Shown one piece after another: positions 36,592 to 49,900 of a stretch of DNA of 64,000 nucleotides. The translations under genes were made by a program, and so were the position numbers. Position 1 is the stretch's first letter. The number at the start of each line of letters is the position of its first letter. The notes beneath the pieces were generated by a model. The model was given only the letters and a program-made list of their open reading frames with translations. It did no database searches and was not told the origin of the DNA. This stretch comes from Mobula hypostoma (lineage: Eukaryota), in contig NC_086101.1 of assembly GCF_963921235.1 (NCBI RefSeq), positions 10,666,001-10,730,000 on the forward strand, given 5' to 3'.

Positions 36592-37064
36592 CACGATGTG
36601 AGAATTATCGATCCATTAATTTTAACTCGTTCACCGCATCCGTTAACGGAACAGAAACACCGCGGATTCAGCAGCAGCCCCGGGCGGCGGGTCCTGAGCT
36701 CCCCGGCTCCCCCGGGTGCTAAAGTCCACCGGGACTGACCGGGTAACTGGGACAAGTGGTGGGGGTGCTGACTGGAAAAGGGAGGTCAGGGTGAATCTTC
36801 GGGGACGGGACAGGGACCGGTGGCAACACGCAAAGTGCCAAAGAATCGGTACAGAAAGGTGGAAGGAAGGGGGAGTAAAAGCTGACAGCTGATCCGGATG
36901 AGGGAGGGGTGGAGTGTGGAAATGTGTCAGAAGCTGGGAGGGGAGAGGTGGTGGAGACAAAGATGATGGAATCTGGTCGGAGAGGAAAGTGGAGACTTGA
37001 ATAAAGGGAGGGAGGTGGGGAGGAGTGTCTGGGGGATAGGAAGAAAAATCCCACAAGTTTCCTG

Positions 37065-37945
37065 TGGGATTATCATTGTGGATTTGGGTTCCTATTTTTT
37101 TAATCTTCCTGGTGACCTCTAGAATGTGATCTGTGAAGTGAGTTCTAGTGTCCTGATTCATCTCGAATGTAAGTGCAACATTCTTGTCTAGTCTGGGCAC
37201 ACATGGTTCCTTTCTCAGATAAAACAAAGTCCAAAGTGGACTGGCACCAGTTCTGCCGACAATTTAGATATTGCTTTTTGGCTTGGATCGAGAGCACATG
37301 CAGTATAATTTGCTAACTTTTCCAGTGCTGATGTCATGTTAATCAATTCCCATGCTGCTTTACCGGCTCCCTAGGCAAGTGTTACATTCTCCAGGGACAA
37401 CATTGTCCTTTTTACCCTGGGGTTATTGACTTACAGAGGTATACACCATCCTCTGAAACACTAGTTGCTTCCAAATTTACATCCCCATCCCCAGTGGCAT
37501 TCTGGCCATCCGATAAGGGGATAAAGGGTCTATGTTTCTGAGTCCCGTCATCATTGTACCAGAAATACCCTGGGCTGAGGGCTTGGGCCAATTAAAGTCA
37601 CAGTTCATCTCTGTTTCAGTGAAGGACGCATCCATTTCTACATGTGCCAGGACAGCCGTACACACCCAGCAGCTTGAGTGTTCGTGGCAGGGAAAGGACA
37701 CGATCTAATCCAACAGCCATGGTTAGGCACCATCTTAGAGTGAGAGGTGTGAATCCATGACGGTTTGTCTCTTACCTTGATGGCTGTGTTAGTGACCAGC
37801 AAAACCTGAAATGGTCCTCGAAATCGAGGTTCCAAACAGTTCTTTCTTTTGAATGTTCGCATCACCACATAGTCTTCGGGTTCAATGTCGTGGCATTTAA
37901 GGCCCAAACGACTGGTTTCTGGGCTTTTACCTGTTGATGATATTT
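37065..37945 (-). mobile_element. Class I (gamma/epsilon-like) endogenous retrovirus remnant: integrase C-terminus plus deleted env
   Basis: LEPRFRGPFQVLLVTNTAIKV...WIHTSH (37638-37907); env CWVC at 37660-37671; LDFVLSEKGTMCAQTRQECC (ISD end plus CX6CC at 37175-37201). Confidence 0.85.
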
Positions 37946-38504
37946 AGTGATGCTGCCCGGCTTTCATTTCTCTGGTAGCTTTAGCAGTCGACCAAGTGCT
38001 CTCGTAGTGCAGCCCACATCTGAGGCCAGCTTATCCACAGAAAGATCCCAGTTAGCCACCACAGACAGTCCCCAGCCCGGCAGCAAAAGGAGGAGGGTTG
38101 GACAGTGGGCAAGTGACCCCTTCCCGTAAAATCCCAGAGCTACAGAAACATCAACAGAATCGCCAAAGACCTCATCCCTGGGAGAGGAACGTTCTTCGAA
38201 GATGGGCTACGTCGGCGAACAACTTGAAAGACTGTCCGAGGTCCAAGGACGCTGGTGAGCTGCTGTTGGTGGACTCTGCCCCAGGAGGGGAGATGGGCTT
38301 CAGAAGAAGGTCCCACGAGTTCTACTGTGACAACGAACATTTCCAACTGAGACAGGAATACACTCCGGGAGTGCGGTGACATCCAACCGTCCCTTCCACG
38401 CAACTGGGAAGTTGCAGATTACTCACATACGGTACCCAGCCTCTCTCCCACCACCTTTTTCACAATCCCGCAAGTATTACCGTATCATATCTCCTTGGTT
38501 GAGT

Positions 38505-41270
38505 TACATGCAAGGAACATTCGTAACAAGGTGGATGAATTAAAAGTGCAGATTGTTATTAATGAATATGATATAGTTGGGATCACAGAGACATGGCTCC
38601 AGGGTGACCAAGGATGGGAGCTCAACATTCAGGTATATTCAATATTCAGGAGGGATAGACATGAAAGAAAAGGAGGTGGGGTACCATCGCTGGTTAGAGA
38701 GGAGAATAACGCAATAGAAAGGAAGGACATTAGCCGGGAGGATGTAGAATCGATATGGGTAGAGCTGCATAACACTAAGGGGCAGAAAACACTGGTGGGA
38801 GTAGTGTACAGGCCACCTAACAGTAGTAGTGAGGTTGGGGATGGCATTAAACAGGAAACTAGAAATGCGTGCAATGAAGGAACAGCAGTTATAATGGGTG
38901 ACTTCAATCTATATATAGATTGGGTGAACCAAATTGGTAAGGGTGCTGAGGAAGAGGATTTCTTGGAATAAATGCGGGATGGTTTTTTGAACCAATGTGT
39001 CGAGGAACCCAACTAAAGAGCAGGCCATTCTAGACTGGGTATTGAGCAATGAGGAAGGGTTAATTAGCAATCTTGTCGTGAGAGGCCCCTTGGGTAAGAG
39101 TGACCATAATATGGTGGAATTCTTCATTAAGATAGAGAGTGACATAGTTAATTCAGAAACAAGGTTCTGAGCTTAAAGAAGGGTAACTTTGAAGGTATGA
39201 AACGTGAATTAGCTAAGATAGACTGGAAATTGATACTTAAAGGGTTGACGGTGGATATGCAATGGCAAGCATTTAAAGATCACATGGATGAACTACAACA
39301 ATTGTTCATCCCAGTTTGGCAAAAGAATAAATCAGGGAAGGTAGTGCACCCTTGGCTGACAAGGGAAATTAGGGATAGTATCAATTCCAAAGAAGGAACA
39401 TACAAATTAGCCAGAAAAAGCAGCACACCTGAGGACTGGGAGAAATTCAGAGCCCAGCAGAGTAGGACAAAGGGCTTAATTAGGAAAGGGAAAAGAGATT
39501 ATTAGAGAAAACTGGCAGGGAACATAAAAAACTGACTGTAAAAGCTTTTATAAATATGTGAAAAGAAAAAGATTGGTTAAGACAAATGTCGGTCCCTTAC
39601 AGACAGAAACAGGTGAATTAATTATGGGGAACAAGGACATGGCAGACCAATTGAATAACTAGTTTGGTTCTGTCTTCGCTGAGGAGGACATAAATAATCT
39701 TCCGGAAATTGTATGGGACAGAGGGTCTAGTGAGATGGAGGAACTGAGGGAAATACATGTTAGGAGGGAAGTGGTGTTAGGTAAATTGAAGGGATTAGAG
39801 GCAGATAAATCCCCAGGGCCAGATGGTCTGCATCCCAGAGTGAGAGAGAGTCAAAAAGGAGGGAAAGAGAAACCGGGAAATTATAGACCGGTTAATCTAA
39901 CATCGGTGGTGGGGAAAGTGCTCGAGTCAGTTATCAAAGATGTGATAACAGCACATTTAGAAAGCGGTGAAATCATCAGACAAAGTCAGCACGGATTTGT
40001 GAAAGGAAAATCTTGTCTGACGAACCTCATAGAATTTTTCGAGAATGTAACTAGTAGGGTGGATAGGGGAGAACCAGTTGATGTGGTATATTTGGATTTT
40101 CAAAAGGCTTTTGACAAGGTCTCACACAGGAGATTGGTGTGCAAACTTAACGCACATGGTATTGGGGGTATGGTATTGATTTGGATAGAGAATTGGTTGG
40201 CAGACAGGAAGCAAAGAGTGGGAATAAACGGGACCTTTTCAGGATGGCAGACAGAGACTAGTGGGGTACCGCAAGGCCCAGTGCTGGGACCCCAGTTGTT
40301 TACAATATATATTAATGACTTAGATGAGGGAATTAATTGCAGCATCTCCAAGTTGCAGATGACACGAAGCTGGGCGGCAGTGTTAGCTGTGAGAAGGATG
40401 CTAAGAGGATGCAGGGTGACTTAGATAGGTTAGGTGAGTGGGCAAATTCATGGCAGATGCAATTTAATGTGGATAAATGTGAGGTTATCCACTCTGATGG
40501 CAAAAACAGGAAAACAGCTTATTATCTGAATGGTTGCCAATTAGGAAAAGGGGAGATGCAACGAGACCTGGGTGTCATTATACACCAGTCATTGAAAGTG
40601 GGCATGCAGGTACAGTAGGCAGTGAAAAAGGCGAATGGTATGCTGGCATTTATAGCGAGAGGATTCGAGTACAGGAGCAGGGAGGAACTACTGCAGTTGT
40701 ACAAGGCTTTGGTGAGACCGCACCTGCAGTATTGTGGGCAGTTTTGGTCCCCTAAGGTGAGGAAAGAAATTCTTGCCATAGAGGGAGTACAAAGAAGGTT
40801 CCTGGGATGGCAGGACTTTCATATGATGAAAGACTGGATCGACTAGGCTTATACTTATTGGAATTTAGAAGATTGAGGGGGATCTTATTGAAACGTATGA
40901 AATCCTGAAGGGATTGGACAGTCTAGATGCAGGAAGATTGTTCCCGATGTTGGGGAAGTCCAGAACGAGGGGTCACAGGTTGAGGATAAAGGGGAAGCCT
41001 GTTTGGACCGAGATTAGGAAAAACTTCTTCGCACAGAGAGTGGTGAATCTGTGGAATTCTCTGCCACAGGAAACAGTTGAGGCCAGTTCATTGGTGATAT
41101 TTAAGAGGGTGTTAGATATGGCCTTCGTGGCTAAAGGGATCAGGGGGTATGGAGAGAAGGCAGATACAGGGTTCTGAGTTGGATGATCAGCCATGATCAT
41201 ACTGAATGGCGGTGCAGGCTCGAAGGGCCGAATGGCCTACTCCTGCACCTATTTTCTATGTTTCTGTATT
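38505..41270 (+). mobile_element. 5'-truncated CR1 with nearly complete but disrupted ORF2
   Basis: GITETW, GDFN, QHGFVKGKSC, YLDFQKAFDKV and ADDTK motifs; tail ATTTTCTATGTTTCT. Confidence 0.92.
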
Positions 41271-41292
41271 TGAATGAATTTCCATTCGACCG

Positions 41293-42333
41293 TGTCACGG
41301 TCTGGTCTGTGAAGTTTGCATTCCGGTTCACGGTCCGGGCCATTGTTCCTTATGCCAGTTTTTCTGGTTTTCCCGTGTTCTGTTGGGTGCTCTATTTGAG
41401 GCACCTGACTCTCATTTTGGGTGGCTACATAAATAGCTCCTGGGTTCAGCTTCTTCTGCTGGACTGTTCCCTTTGCTTCCCTTCCCCTTCCTTTGGAAGC
41501 ATTTGCCTGAAGCCTTTGTATGAATACTCGCCTGCAACATCGCCTGCGTCTTCGCCTGTATCATTGACAAGTTCTACTGCCAGAGCAAGACCGGATCCTT
41601 GCTGTGTTTCAATAAGGAACTGTCTATCATTGTTTGGAACTGTCTCTGCATCAACGCCTTCGCTTCGTATGTCAGGCCGTGTGCCGCTACCTTTTGTTTG
41701 GAACCGTCTCTGTGTCCACACCTTCGCTAGGTAGGTCCGGCCGTTTGCCACTACCTTGTGTTAAGAACTGTCTCTCTGTGTTCTGTGTAGAGTCCCGGCC
41801 CCAAGTCCTGTTCCCAAGGAGGGGTCCTGGCTCTGTGCTCCGTGCACGAGAAGCGGCCCTAAGTCCTGTTCCTAAAGAGGGGTCCTGACTCTGTGTTCGA
41901 TGTCCCTGTGTTCTTGTCTCTGTCAAGGCCAAGGCTCTGTGTTCCTGTTCTCCCAAGACCAAGGCTCTGTGTTCCTGTTCTCCCAAGACCAAGTCAAGGC
42001 TTCGGGATCTCGTCCTGTCCTTGTGCCTCGCCCAGCCCCGGAATACCTCGTCCTGCGCAGGAAAGCCTCGAAGAATCCAAGCCTTGTCCAGTCCGGTAAC
42101 TACGTCATGTCTTCACCTTCGGAGTCCAAGCCTGAGTCAAGAACAAGGTTCTGGGTCCTTGCCCAGTCTCTGGCTTGGAGTCCAAGCCCAAGTCTGTGTT
42201 CCTATCCCAGCTCCTAGGCAATGCCCAGTGTCCTTTCGTCCCCACTTCCCTTGCCTTCTTGACAAACCTGGTCCAGTTCCTTGCATTTCAGAGTCTGTGT
42301 CTTGCTTTTGGGTCTGCGCCCAGAGGTGTGACA
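41293..42333 (+). mobile_element. Solo LTR, family B relative (1041 bp), 5-bp TSD GACCG
   Basis: TGTCAC...GTGACA termini; GACCG at 41288-41292 and 42334-42338; ends homologous to 6927-8460. Confidence 0.88.
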
Positions 42334-42777
42334 GACCGAGATCTGCAGATGCAGAAACCATTTCTTTCCCCTCGCCCATCTTCCCACCATTAAACCATTT
42401 ACTGCCCGATCTTCTACTGGAAACTCTCCTCTGTTAAACCATTCACTCTCCCCTCATCCTTTCTCGCACACTTTCTTCACTGCTTTGTATACTTCACGTT
42501 TTCTGCCGTTGTCTGTGATGCTGCTGGAAGCAAGTTTTCCAATGTAACACCTGAGCTGCTGGATGGTGGGGAGAGTTGTCTCTTGTAGCCAAGACGCATT
42601 CACTGCTTGTCACTTATGGACCCAGATTTCCTGCTGTGGAAGCATTTCCAGTGAAATGAAGTCCACTTACTGCCATGGATGCTGCACCTGGTTGCAGTTG
42701 AGGGGCAGACTTGTATCACAGGGCAAAATGGGCTTCAAAAGTTCAAATTAAACTCAGAAAGGAAGGAAGGTCTTTGA

Positions 42778-42778
<1 letters not shown>

Positions 42779-42812
<34 letters not shown>
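42779..42812 (+). repeat. (CA)n microsatellite
   Basis: Perfect CA run. Confidence 0.95.
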
Positions 42813-42816
<4 letters not shown>

Positions 42817-42849
42817 GCAGAGATAACTGGCTTGATAAGCTTCAGACCT

Positions 42850-43645
42850 TAAGCACGTCAGAACGGAAATGGGATGTGGAATTAAAATGTGTGGCCACTG
42901 GGAGATCCTACTTTCTCTGGCAGACAGAGCGTAGGTGTTCAGCAAAACGGTCTCCCAGTCTGCGTCGGGTCTCACCAATATATAGAAGGCCACACCGGGA
43001 GCACCGGACGCAGTATATCACCCCAGCTGACTCACAGGTGAAGTGCGCCTCACCTGGAAAGAGTGTCTGTGGCCCTGAATGGTGGTGAGGGTGAAAGTGT
43101 AAGGCCTCCTCTACTGTCAAGATGAGGCCATGATCAGGTTGGAGGAACAACACCTCATATTCCGTCTGGGTGGCCTCCAACCTGATGACATGAACATTGA
43201 TTTCTCCAAATTCCATTAATGCCCCTCCTCCACTTCTCACCCCATCTATTATTTCCCCCCTTTTTTTCTCTCTCTCTCTGTCCCTCTTACTATCACTTCT
43301 TGCCTACTCTCCATTTTCCTCTGGGCCTTCCCCCTTTCTTTCTCCCGAGGCCTCCCGTCCCATGACCACCCCCCCCATCTCTGCATACCTTTTGCCAATC
43401 AACTTTCAAGCTCTTAGCTTCATCCCGCCTCCTCCTGTCTTCTCCTATCATTTAGGATCTCCCCCTCCCCTTCCCACTTTCAAATTTCTTGTTCTCTGCC
43501 CTTTCAGTTAGTCCTGAGGAAGGGTCTCGGCACGAAACGTCACTTGTGTTTCTTCTTATAGATGCTGCCTGGCCTGCTGCGTTCCACCAGCATTTTGTGT
43601 ATCTTGATTGAATTTCCAGCATCTGCAGATTTTCTCGTGTTTGTG
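42850..43645. mobile_element. Penelope-like element 3' end (GIY-YIG plus terminal repeat) with inverted 5' part
   Basis: Minus 42850-43100: VIYCVRCSRCGLLYIGETRRRLGDRFAEH. Plus 43103-43640: GLLYCQDEA..LEEQHLIFRLG..QP, then the pLTR. Confidence 0.85.
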
Positions 43646-44140
43646 TAGGATACCTGATTCCATTTGTCTCTGGAATCCTGCTTCCTCTGAAATAAAATAG
43701 AGCATTCATTGCAGACAAGAAATAGTACAATTATTTGTACTAGGTCACACACCTCACAATCTATTTGGCACAAGTTTAGCAGCACCAGCCCTGCAGTAGT
43801 GAGAACACAGCCCTGAGCCTTGCCTATGTTGTTCTCTGACTACAAAGTCCAATGTACGCGTTGTTAAGGCCATATAAATGCAGATTCCCCAACTGCTGTG
43901 CAAAGTCAACCAGGACCAATACAACAGAGCAGCATATTCAAATAGTGTGCATTGGGGAGAAAAATGCATCAACAAACAAATTTTCCAGAGAAACAATTTG
44001 GAATCATGTACTTTCAAAAAGCTTAGATTTAACCTCAGTAGGGAAGCCTATTTATCATATAAATGCAGATTGCTCAACTGCTGTGCAAAGTCAACCAGGA
44101 AGATTCGGATTCAGATTCACCTATTTATCACCTGTACATC

Positions 44141-45300
44141 TGTAATGAGAGATTTAAATGTGATTCCTTCCTTGAGTATATGTTAATATCTGCATCACAA
44201 ATAAGACAAAATGGTGTTAGCCTGGGTTGTGAGTTCACAGCCATGTTCCAAGAACTTTGTGTGAGTACCAGTGCCTTGAGAGCAGAAAATGGTGAAAAAC
44301 ACGTTCGTTTGGGAAAGTACGAGGGAAAATGTTGTGATAGGTGCTTGAAGGGATCTGAAAGGATATAAAAAGGGGAAAGGGGGAATTTTCTCCCAGCCTG
44401 GGACATCACTAGTGGTAAGAATTGGGTATAGAAACAAGGACAGAGATAGAGAGAAAGAAAGAAAGAAAAAGAGGCAGAGGAAGCTGTCGAGCATCTTTGG
44501 TTCCCTCTGACAGTGTGTTGTGCAGCATGGTTTAGTGATTGGTTGATAAGTATTACTTTGTCCCTTGTACTGCTTTATTAATCATTATTCCTTTCTATAT
44601 TTTAGTCTTTATAACTCAAATAAAGTAATTTTCTCCCACCTTTAACATGTGTACAGTACCTCTTCTGTTTTAGGATACCTCTCGCTGCTGAATCAGAAAA
44701 GAGCAACAAACAAATATTAAAATATTTTAATTGCACAATTGACATCATCAGCAGGAGTCTGCATAACAGGGGCTATGTTTCACAAACCACAGGACGTACC
44801 ACCGGTGGGGTGCAGTCTGGGGTACCGGGTGTATGTACAACACCCATGGTTTCGGAGCAGTGGCAAAGTACTGTCCGTGTGTTGCCCACCACGTGCCAGA
44901 GAATCGAGATGTAGAGCAGGAGTAGTTGCGTCCAGGCTATGGATCCACTCTGTTAAATAACTTAAAGCTTCCCAATCCGGAGGAGAGTAAGGGTACGACC
45001 TTAAAGGCCATGCTATGGAAAAAGACATATGGGATTGGGCAGCAGAACGAGTGGCCACCCTAACTGAGAAAGTGGTAACTCTGGAACAGCAGAACGTGGC
45101 CATGGCTGCACTGACCAAGCCAGCCTGTGAACCAGCTGACAAAGCTGAACCTAGCAAACCATTCCAGCGTATCTGGAGGATTTGGTAAGATGGAGGGATC
45201 AGGATCTGGATGGTGTCTGAGTAAGGGAGCTGATGGCTAAGGATTGGCAGCCCGAAACTTGATATTTCGTCAGATACTGAGACTCCGTATGGTGATGGTC
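44141..45300 (+). mobile_element. Probable LTR (44141-~44737) followed by decayed PBS and gag-like start
   Basis: TGTAA start, GATATAAAAAG box (~44362), AATAAA (~44619), ...GCACA end followed by ATTGACATCATCAGCAGGA (PBS-like after CpG decay), then an interrupted ORF with a coiled-coil-like stretch. Confidence 0.45.
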
Positions 45301-45909
45301 CTCTGAATTTATCAAAGACTTACAAACAACTAATGTGCAAATATATATATAAATTGTGTAAATAAATTAAATAGATAAGTAAAGAGAAAACTAAATAAAT
45401 TATTTAGAGATTGGAAGGTATATTGTTGTGGAGATAACTGAGTCGTGGGTGAAAGAAGATCATAGCGGGGAGCGTAACATCGAAGCTTACACATTGGATC
45501 ACAATGACAGTCAGGTAGGCAGAGACGGTGGGGTGGCTCTGTTGGTAAAAAAATATCATTCAAATCCTTAGAAAGAAGTAACAAAGGATCAGAAGATGTA
45601 GAATCCACCTAGACAGAATTGAGAAACTGCAAGGGTAAAAAGACCTGGTTGGGAGTTATAGACGACCTCTGAAGAGTAGCCAGGGCAAAACACACACACA
45701 AATTTCTGGAGGAGCTCAGCAGATCAGAAAACGTCTGCAGAAATGTTAAAGTTTCAGGTCTGGGCCCTTCAGCACAACTTGAAAGGAAGGGGAAAGACAC
45801 CAGAATAAAAGCTGGAGGGGGGTTGGGAGGGGAAGGAGGATTAAGTAGAAGGTGAAGGCTGGTAGGTGAGAAAGGTAAAGTGCTGGAGAAGAGATCCCAG
45901 AGACGCACC

Positions 45910-46362
45910 TAGAGAGAAACATCAAATGCTGCTGGTTAATCATTAACTTGGTGAAAGACACTCTTTGTTCTGCCTGAAACTTGTTGCTCTACCATCACAA
46001 CTAGGTGTTATGTTGGAATGCTGCCAAAAGATATATAGCAGGCTGCAGGAGAACATGCTGAGAGATGCACTGAAGATTTGTGCAACCACTGCAAGAGCTC
46101 GGTGGGGAGGACCAGGGTGTAGGGTTCTTCTCCAAATTGAGAGAGAGGGGCCGGGTGGGGAAGGAGCCTCCTCAATTGTTGTAGTACTTAGTATAACATC
46201 CCAGAGAGCCACATGAGTGGCAACAGTGTTATTAATGTGCATGAATGTAATAAAACAGCATAGAAAGCACTGACCATGAATGTAAAAAAAATGGAATGGC
46301 ATTGAATGGCTTATTGTTGTAAATTTTTTTTATTAAGAATAAAATTTATTTTGTTGAGAAAA
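45910..46362 (+). mobile_element. Tx1/L1-clade 3' end
   Basis: CWLIINLVKD...SRLQENMLRDALK...ARARWG C-terminus; AATAAA and A-rich tail. Confidence 0.7.
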
Positions 46363-46614
46363 ATACTGCCAGGAGAGGAGAGTGGACCATGGGAGGAAGG
46401 GAAGGAGGAGAGGGCAACCAGGATGTGGGATATAAATTACAATCGGAGATGATAAACAAAAAGGCATTTGGCCCATCGGGTCTGCTCCATCATTCCGTCA
46501 TGGCTGATTTATTATCCTTCTCAACACCATTCTCCAGCTTTCTCCCTGTAACTTTTGACGTCCTTTATGAATCAAGAACCTATCAACTGCTGCTTTAAAA
46601 ATTTAGCAGACCTG

Positions 46615-46965
46615 TTACAAATTGGGACCGCTTTACTGAGCACCTCCGCTCCATACACCGAAAACGGAACTTCCCGGTGGCCAAGCATTTTAATTCTGAT
46701 TCCCATTCCCAATCCGACGTGTCAGTCAATGGCCTCCTCTTGTGCAATGATGAGGTCACCTTCAGGGTGGAGGAGCAACACCTATATTCCATCTGGGTAG
46801 CCTCCAACGTTTTGGCATGAATATGGATTTCTCCTTCCCATGAACGAATCCCCCCCCCCCCCACCCCAGGCCTTCCTCTATTTCCCCACAGCCTTTTACC
46901 TCTGCCTATTACATCTCCCTGTGTCATCTCCTCCTCCCCTTTCTCTCATGGTCCATTTACCTTTC
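46615..46965 (+). mobile_element. Penelope-like GIY-YIG fragment
   Basis: DRFTEHLRS..FPVAKHFN..GLLLCNDE..EEQHL motifs. Confidence 0.75.
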
Positions 46966-46969
46966 CACT

Positions 46970-49900
46970 CAGGCGGAGGACAATCTTGCTCGCAGTTACT
47001 CTTTCCAATGCCTCCTGAGACGGTGATGTGCCTCTCATGTGAGATGTGGCAGTCTTGGGGGAACGCTCCTCTCCCGCAGAGTCACATCTGCCAGAAGTGC
47101 ATACGGCTGGGCGATCTGGAAGACCCGTGTAAGGAATCTGGAGCAGCACCTGGATGACCTTCGACTCATAAAGGAGAATGAGGCAGTCATAGATGAGAGC
47201 TACAGGAGGTAGTCACACCTAGGCTGTTGGAAGCAGGTCGTTGGGTGATAGTCAGAGGCGGGGAAAAGCGAAGGTGAGCAGACAGGTAGTGCAGAGCATC
47301 CCTGTAGCCATTCCCCTGAATAATTAATTTACCATCCTGGATACTGTTGGCGGGGATGACTGACCAGGTGTGAGCCACGGTGGCAGGGCCTCCAGCACTG
47401 AGTCTGACCCGATGGTGCAGAAGGGTGGGACGGAGGAGAGGAGAGCTGTCATCATTGGAGACTCCATAGTCAGAGGAGCAGACAGGAGATTTTGTGGATG
47501 TGAGAAGGACACCTGCATGGTTTGTTGCTTCCCGGGTGCCAGGGTCCGGGATGTCTCTGACCGGGTGCACAACATCCTGGTATGAGAGGGAAAGCAACCA
47601 GAAGTCGTGATATATGTTGGGACCAACGACATAGGCAGGAAGAGGGATGAGGTCCTGAAGTGTGAGTTTCAGGAATTAGACAGAAGGCTGAAGAACAGGA
47701 CCTCAAGGGTGGCGTTCTCAGGATTGCTGCCAGTGCTACGTGACAGTGATGGTAAGAATTGAAGGAGATGGCAGTTGGATGCGTGGCTGAGGAGTTGGTG
47801 CAGGGAGCAGGGTTTTAGATTTTTGGACCATTGAGATCTCTTCTGGGGAAGGTGGGACCTGTACAGATTGGATGGGTTGCACGTGAACTCGAGGGGGAGC
47901 AATATCCTTGCAGGTAGGTTCACTGGCATGGTTCCGGAGGGTTTAAACTAATTTGCAAGGGGGCTGGGACCCAGAGCGATAGAGCAGTGAAAGTAGTGCA
48001 TGGAGTAAAGCCAGATCTAACATACAGAGAGGCTTTGAGGAAAGAGAAGCAGAATAAATGGTGTAAAGACAGTAAGGTAGAAGGGCTGAAATGTGTGTAC
48101 CTCAATGAAAGAAGCATCGGGAACAAAGGTGATGAACTGAGAGCTTGGATATATACATGGAATTATGATGTAGTGGCCATTACAGAGACTTGGCTGGCAC
48201 CAGGGCAGGAATGGATTCTCAATATTCCTGGATTTCAGTGCTTTAAAAGAGGTAGAGAGGGCGGAAAAAGGGGAGGAGGGTGGCATTACTGGTCAGGGAT
48301 ACAATTACAGCTACAGAAAGGATGGGTAATGTAGCAAAATCCTCTTTTGAGTAGGTATGGGTGGAAGTCAGGAACGGGAAGGGAGCAGTTACTCTATTGG
48401 GGGTATTCTATAGGCCCCCTGGTAGCAGCAGAGATACAGAGGAGCAGGTTGGGAGGCAGTTTTTGGAAAGGTGCAAAAATAACAGGGTTGTTATCATGGG
48501 TGACTTTAACTTCCCTAATATTGATTGGTCCCTGATTACTTCCGAGGGTTTAGATGGGGCAGAGTTTGTTAAGTGTGTCCAGGATGGATTCCTGTCACAG
48601 TGTGTGGACAGGCCGACTAGGGGGAATGCCATACTAGATATAGTACTAGGTAATGAACCGGGTCAGGTCACAGATCTCTCAGTGGGTGAGCATCTGGGGG
48701 ACAGTGACCACCACTCCCTGGCCTTTAGCATTGTCATGGAAAAGGATAGAATCAGAAAGGACAGGAAAATTTTTAATTGAGGAAGGGCAAATTATGAGGC
48801 TATAAGGCTAGAACTTGCAGGTGTGAATTGGGATGATGTTTTTGCAGGGAAATGTACTATAGACACGTGGTCGATGTTTGGAGATCTCCTGCAGGATGTT
48901 AGGGATAAATTTGTCCCGGTGAGGAAGATAAAGAATGGCATTGTGAAGGAACCCTGGGTGACAAGTGAGGTGGAAAATCTAGTCAGGTGGAAGAAGGCAG
49001 CATACATGAGGTTTAGGAAGCAAGGATCAGATGGGTCTATTGAGGAATATAGGGAAGCAAGAAAGGAGCTTACGAAGGGGCTGACAAGAGCAAGAAGGGG
49101 GCATGAGAAGGCCTTGGTGAGTAGGGTAAAGGAAAACCCCAAGGAATTCTTCAATTGTGTTAAGAATAAAAGAATGATGGAGTGAAAGTAGGACAGATTA
49201 GAGATAAAGGTGGGAAGATGTGCCTGAAGGCTGTGGAAGTGAGCGAAGCCCTCAATGAATACTTCTCTTCGGTATTAACCAATGAGAGGGAACTTGATGA
49301 TGGTGAGGATAATATGAGTGAGGTTGATGTTCTGGAGCATGTTGATATTAAGGGAGAGGAGATGTTGGAGTTGTGAAAATGCATGAGGAAGGATAAGTCC
49401 CCGGGGCCTGACGGAATATTCCCCAGGCTGCTGAACGAGGTGAGGGAAAAGATTGCTGAGCCTCTGGCTAGGATCTTTATGTTCTCGTTGTCCACGGGAA
49501 TGGTACTGGAGGATTGGAGGGAGGCGAATTTTGTCCCCTTGTTCAAAAAAGTTGGTAGGGATAGTCCGGGTAATTATAGACCAGTGAGCCTTACGTCTGT
49601 GGTGGGAAATTGTTGGAAAAGATTTTTTGAGATAGGATCTCAGGGCATTTAGATAATCATTGTCTGATCAGGGACAGTCAGCATGGCTTTGTGAAGGGCA
49701 GATCATGTCTACCAAGCCTGATAGATTTCTTTGAGGAGGTGACCAGGCATATAGATGAGGGTAGTGCAGTGGATGTGATCTGAATGGATTCTAGTAAGGC
49801 ATTTGACAAGGTTCCACACAGTAAGTTTATTCAGAAAGTCAGAAGGCATGGGATCCAGGGAAGTTTGGCCAGGTGGATTCAGAATTGGCTTGCCTGCAGA

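Noticed and set aside
37065..37720. Domesticated env (syncytin-like)
   Set aside because: Heavily deleted, with frameshifts and a stop shortly after CX6CC.
37950..38490. Coding sequence next to the ERV remnant
   Set aside because: Short ORFs with no motif I can identify; left unclassified.
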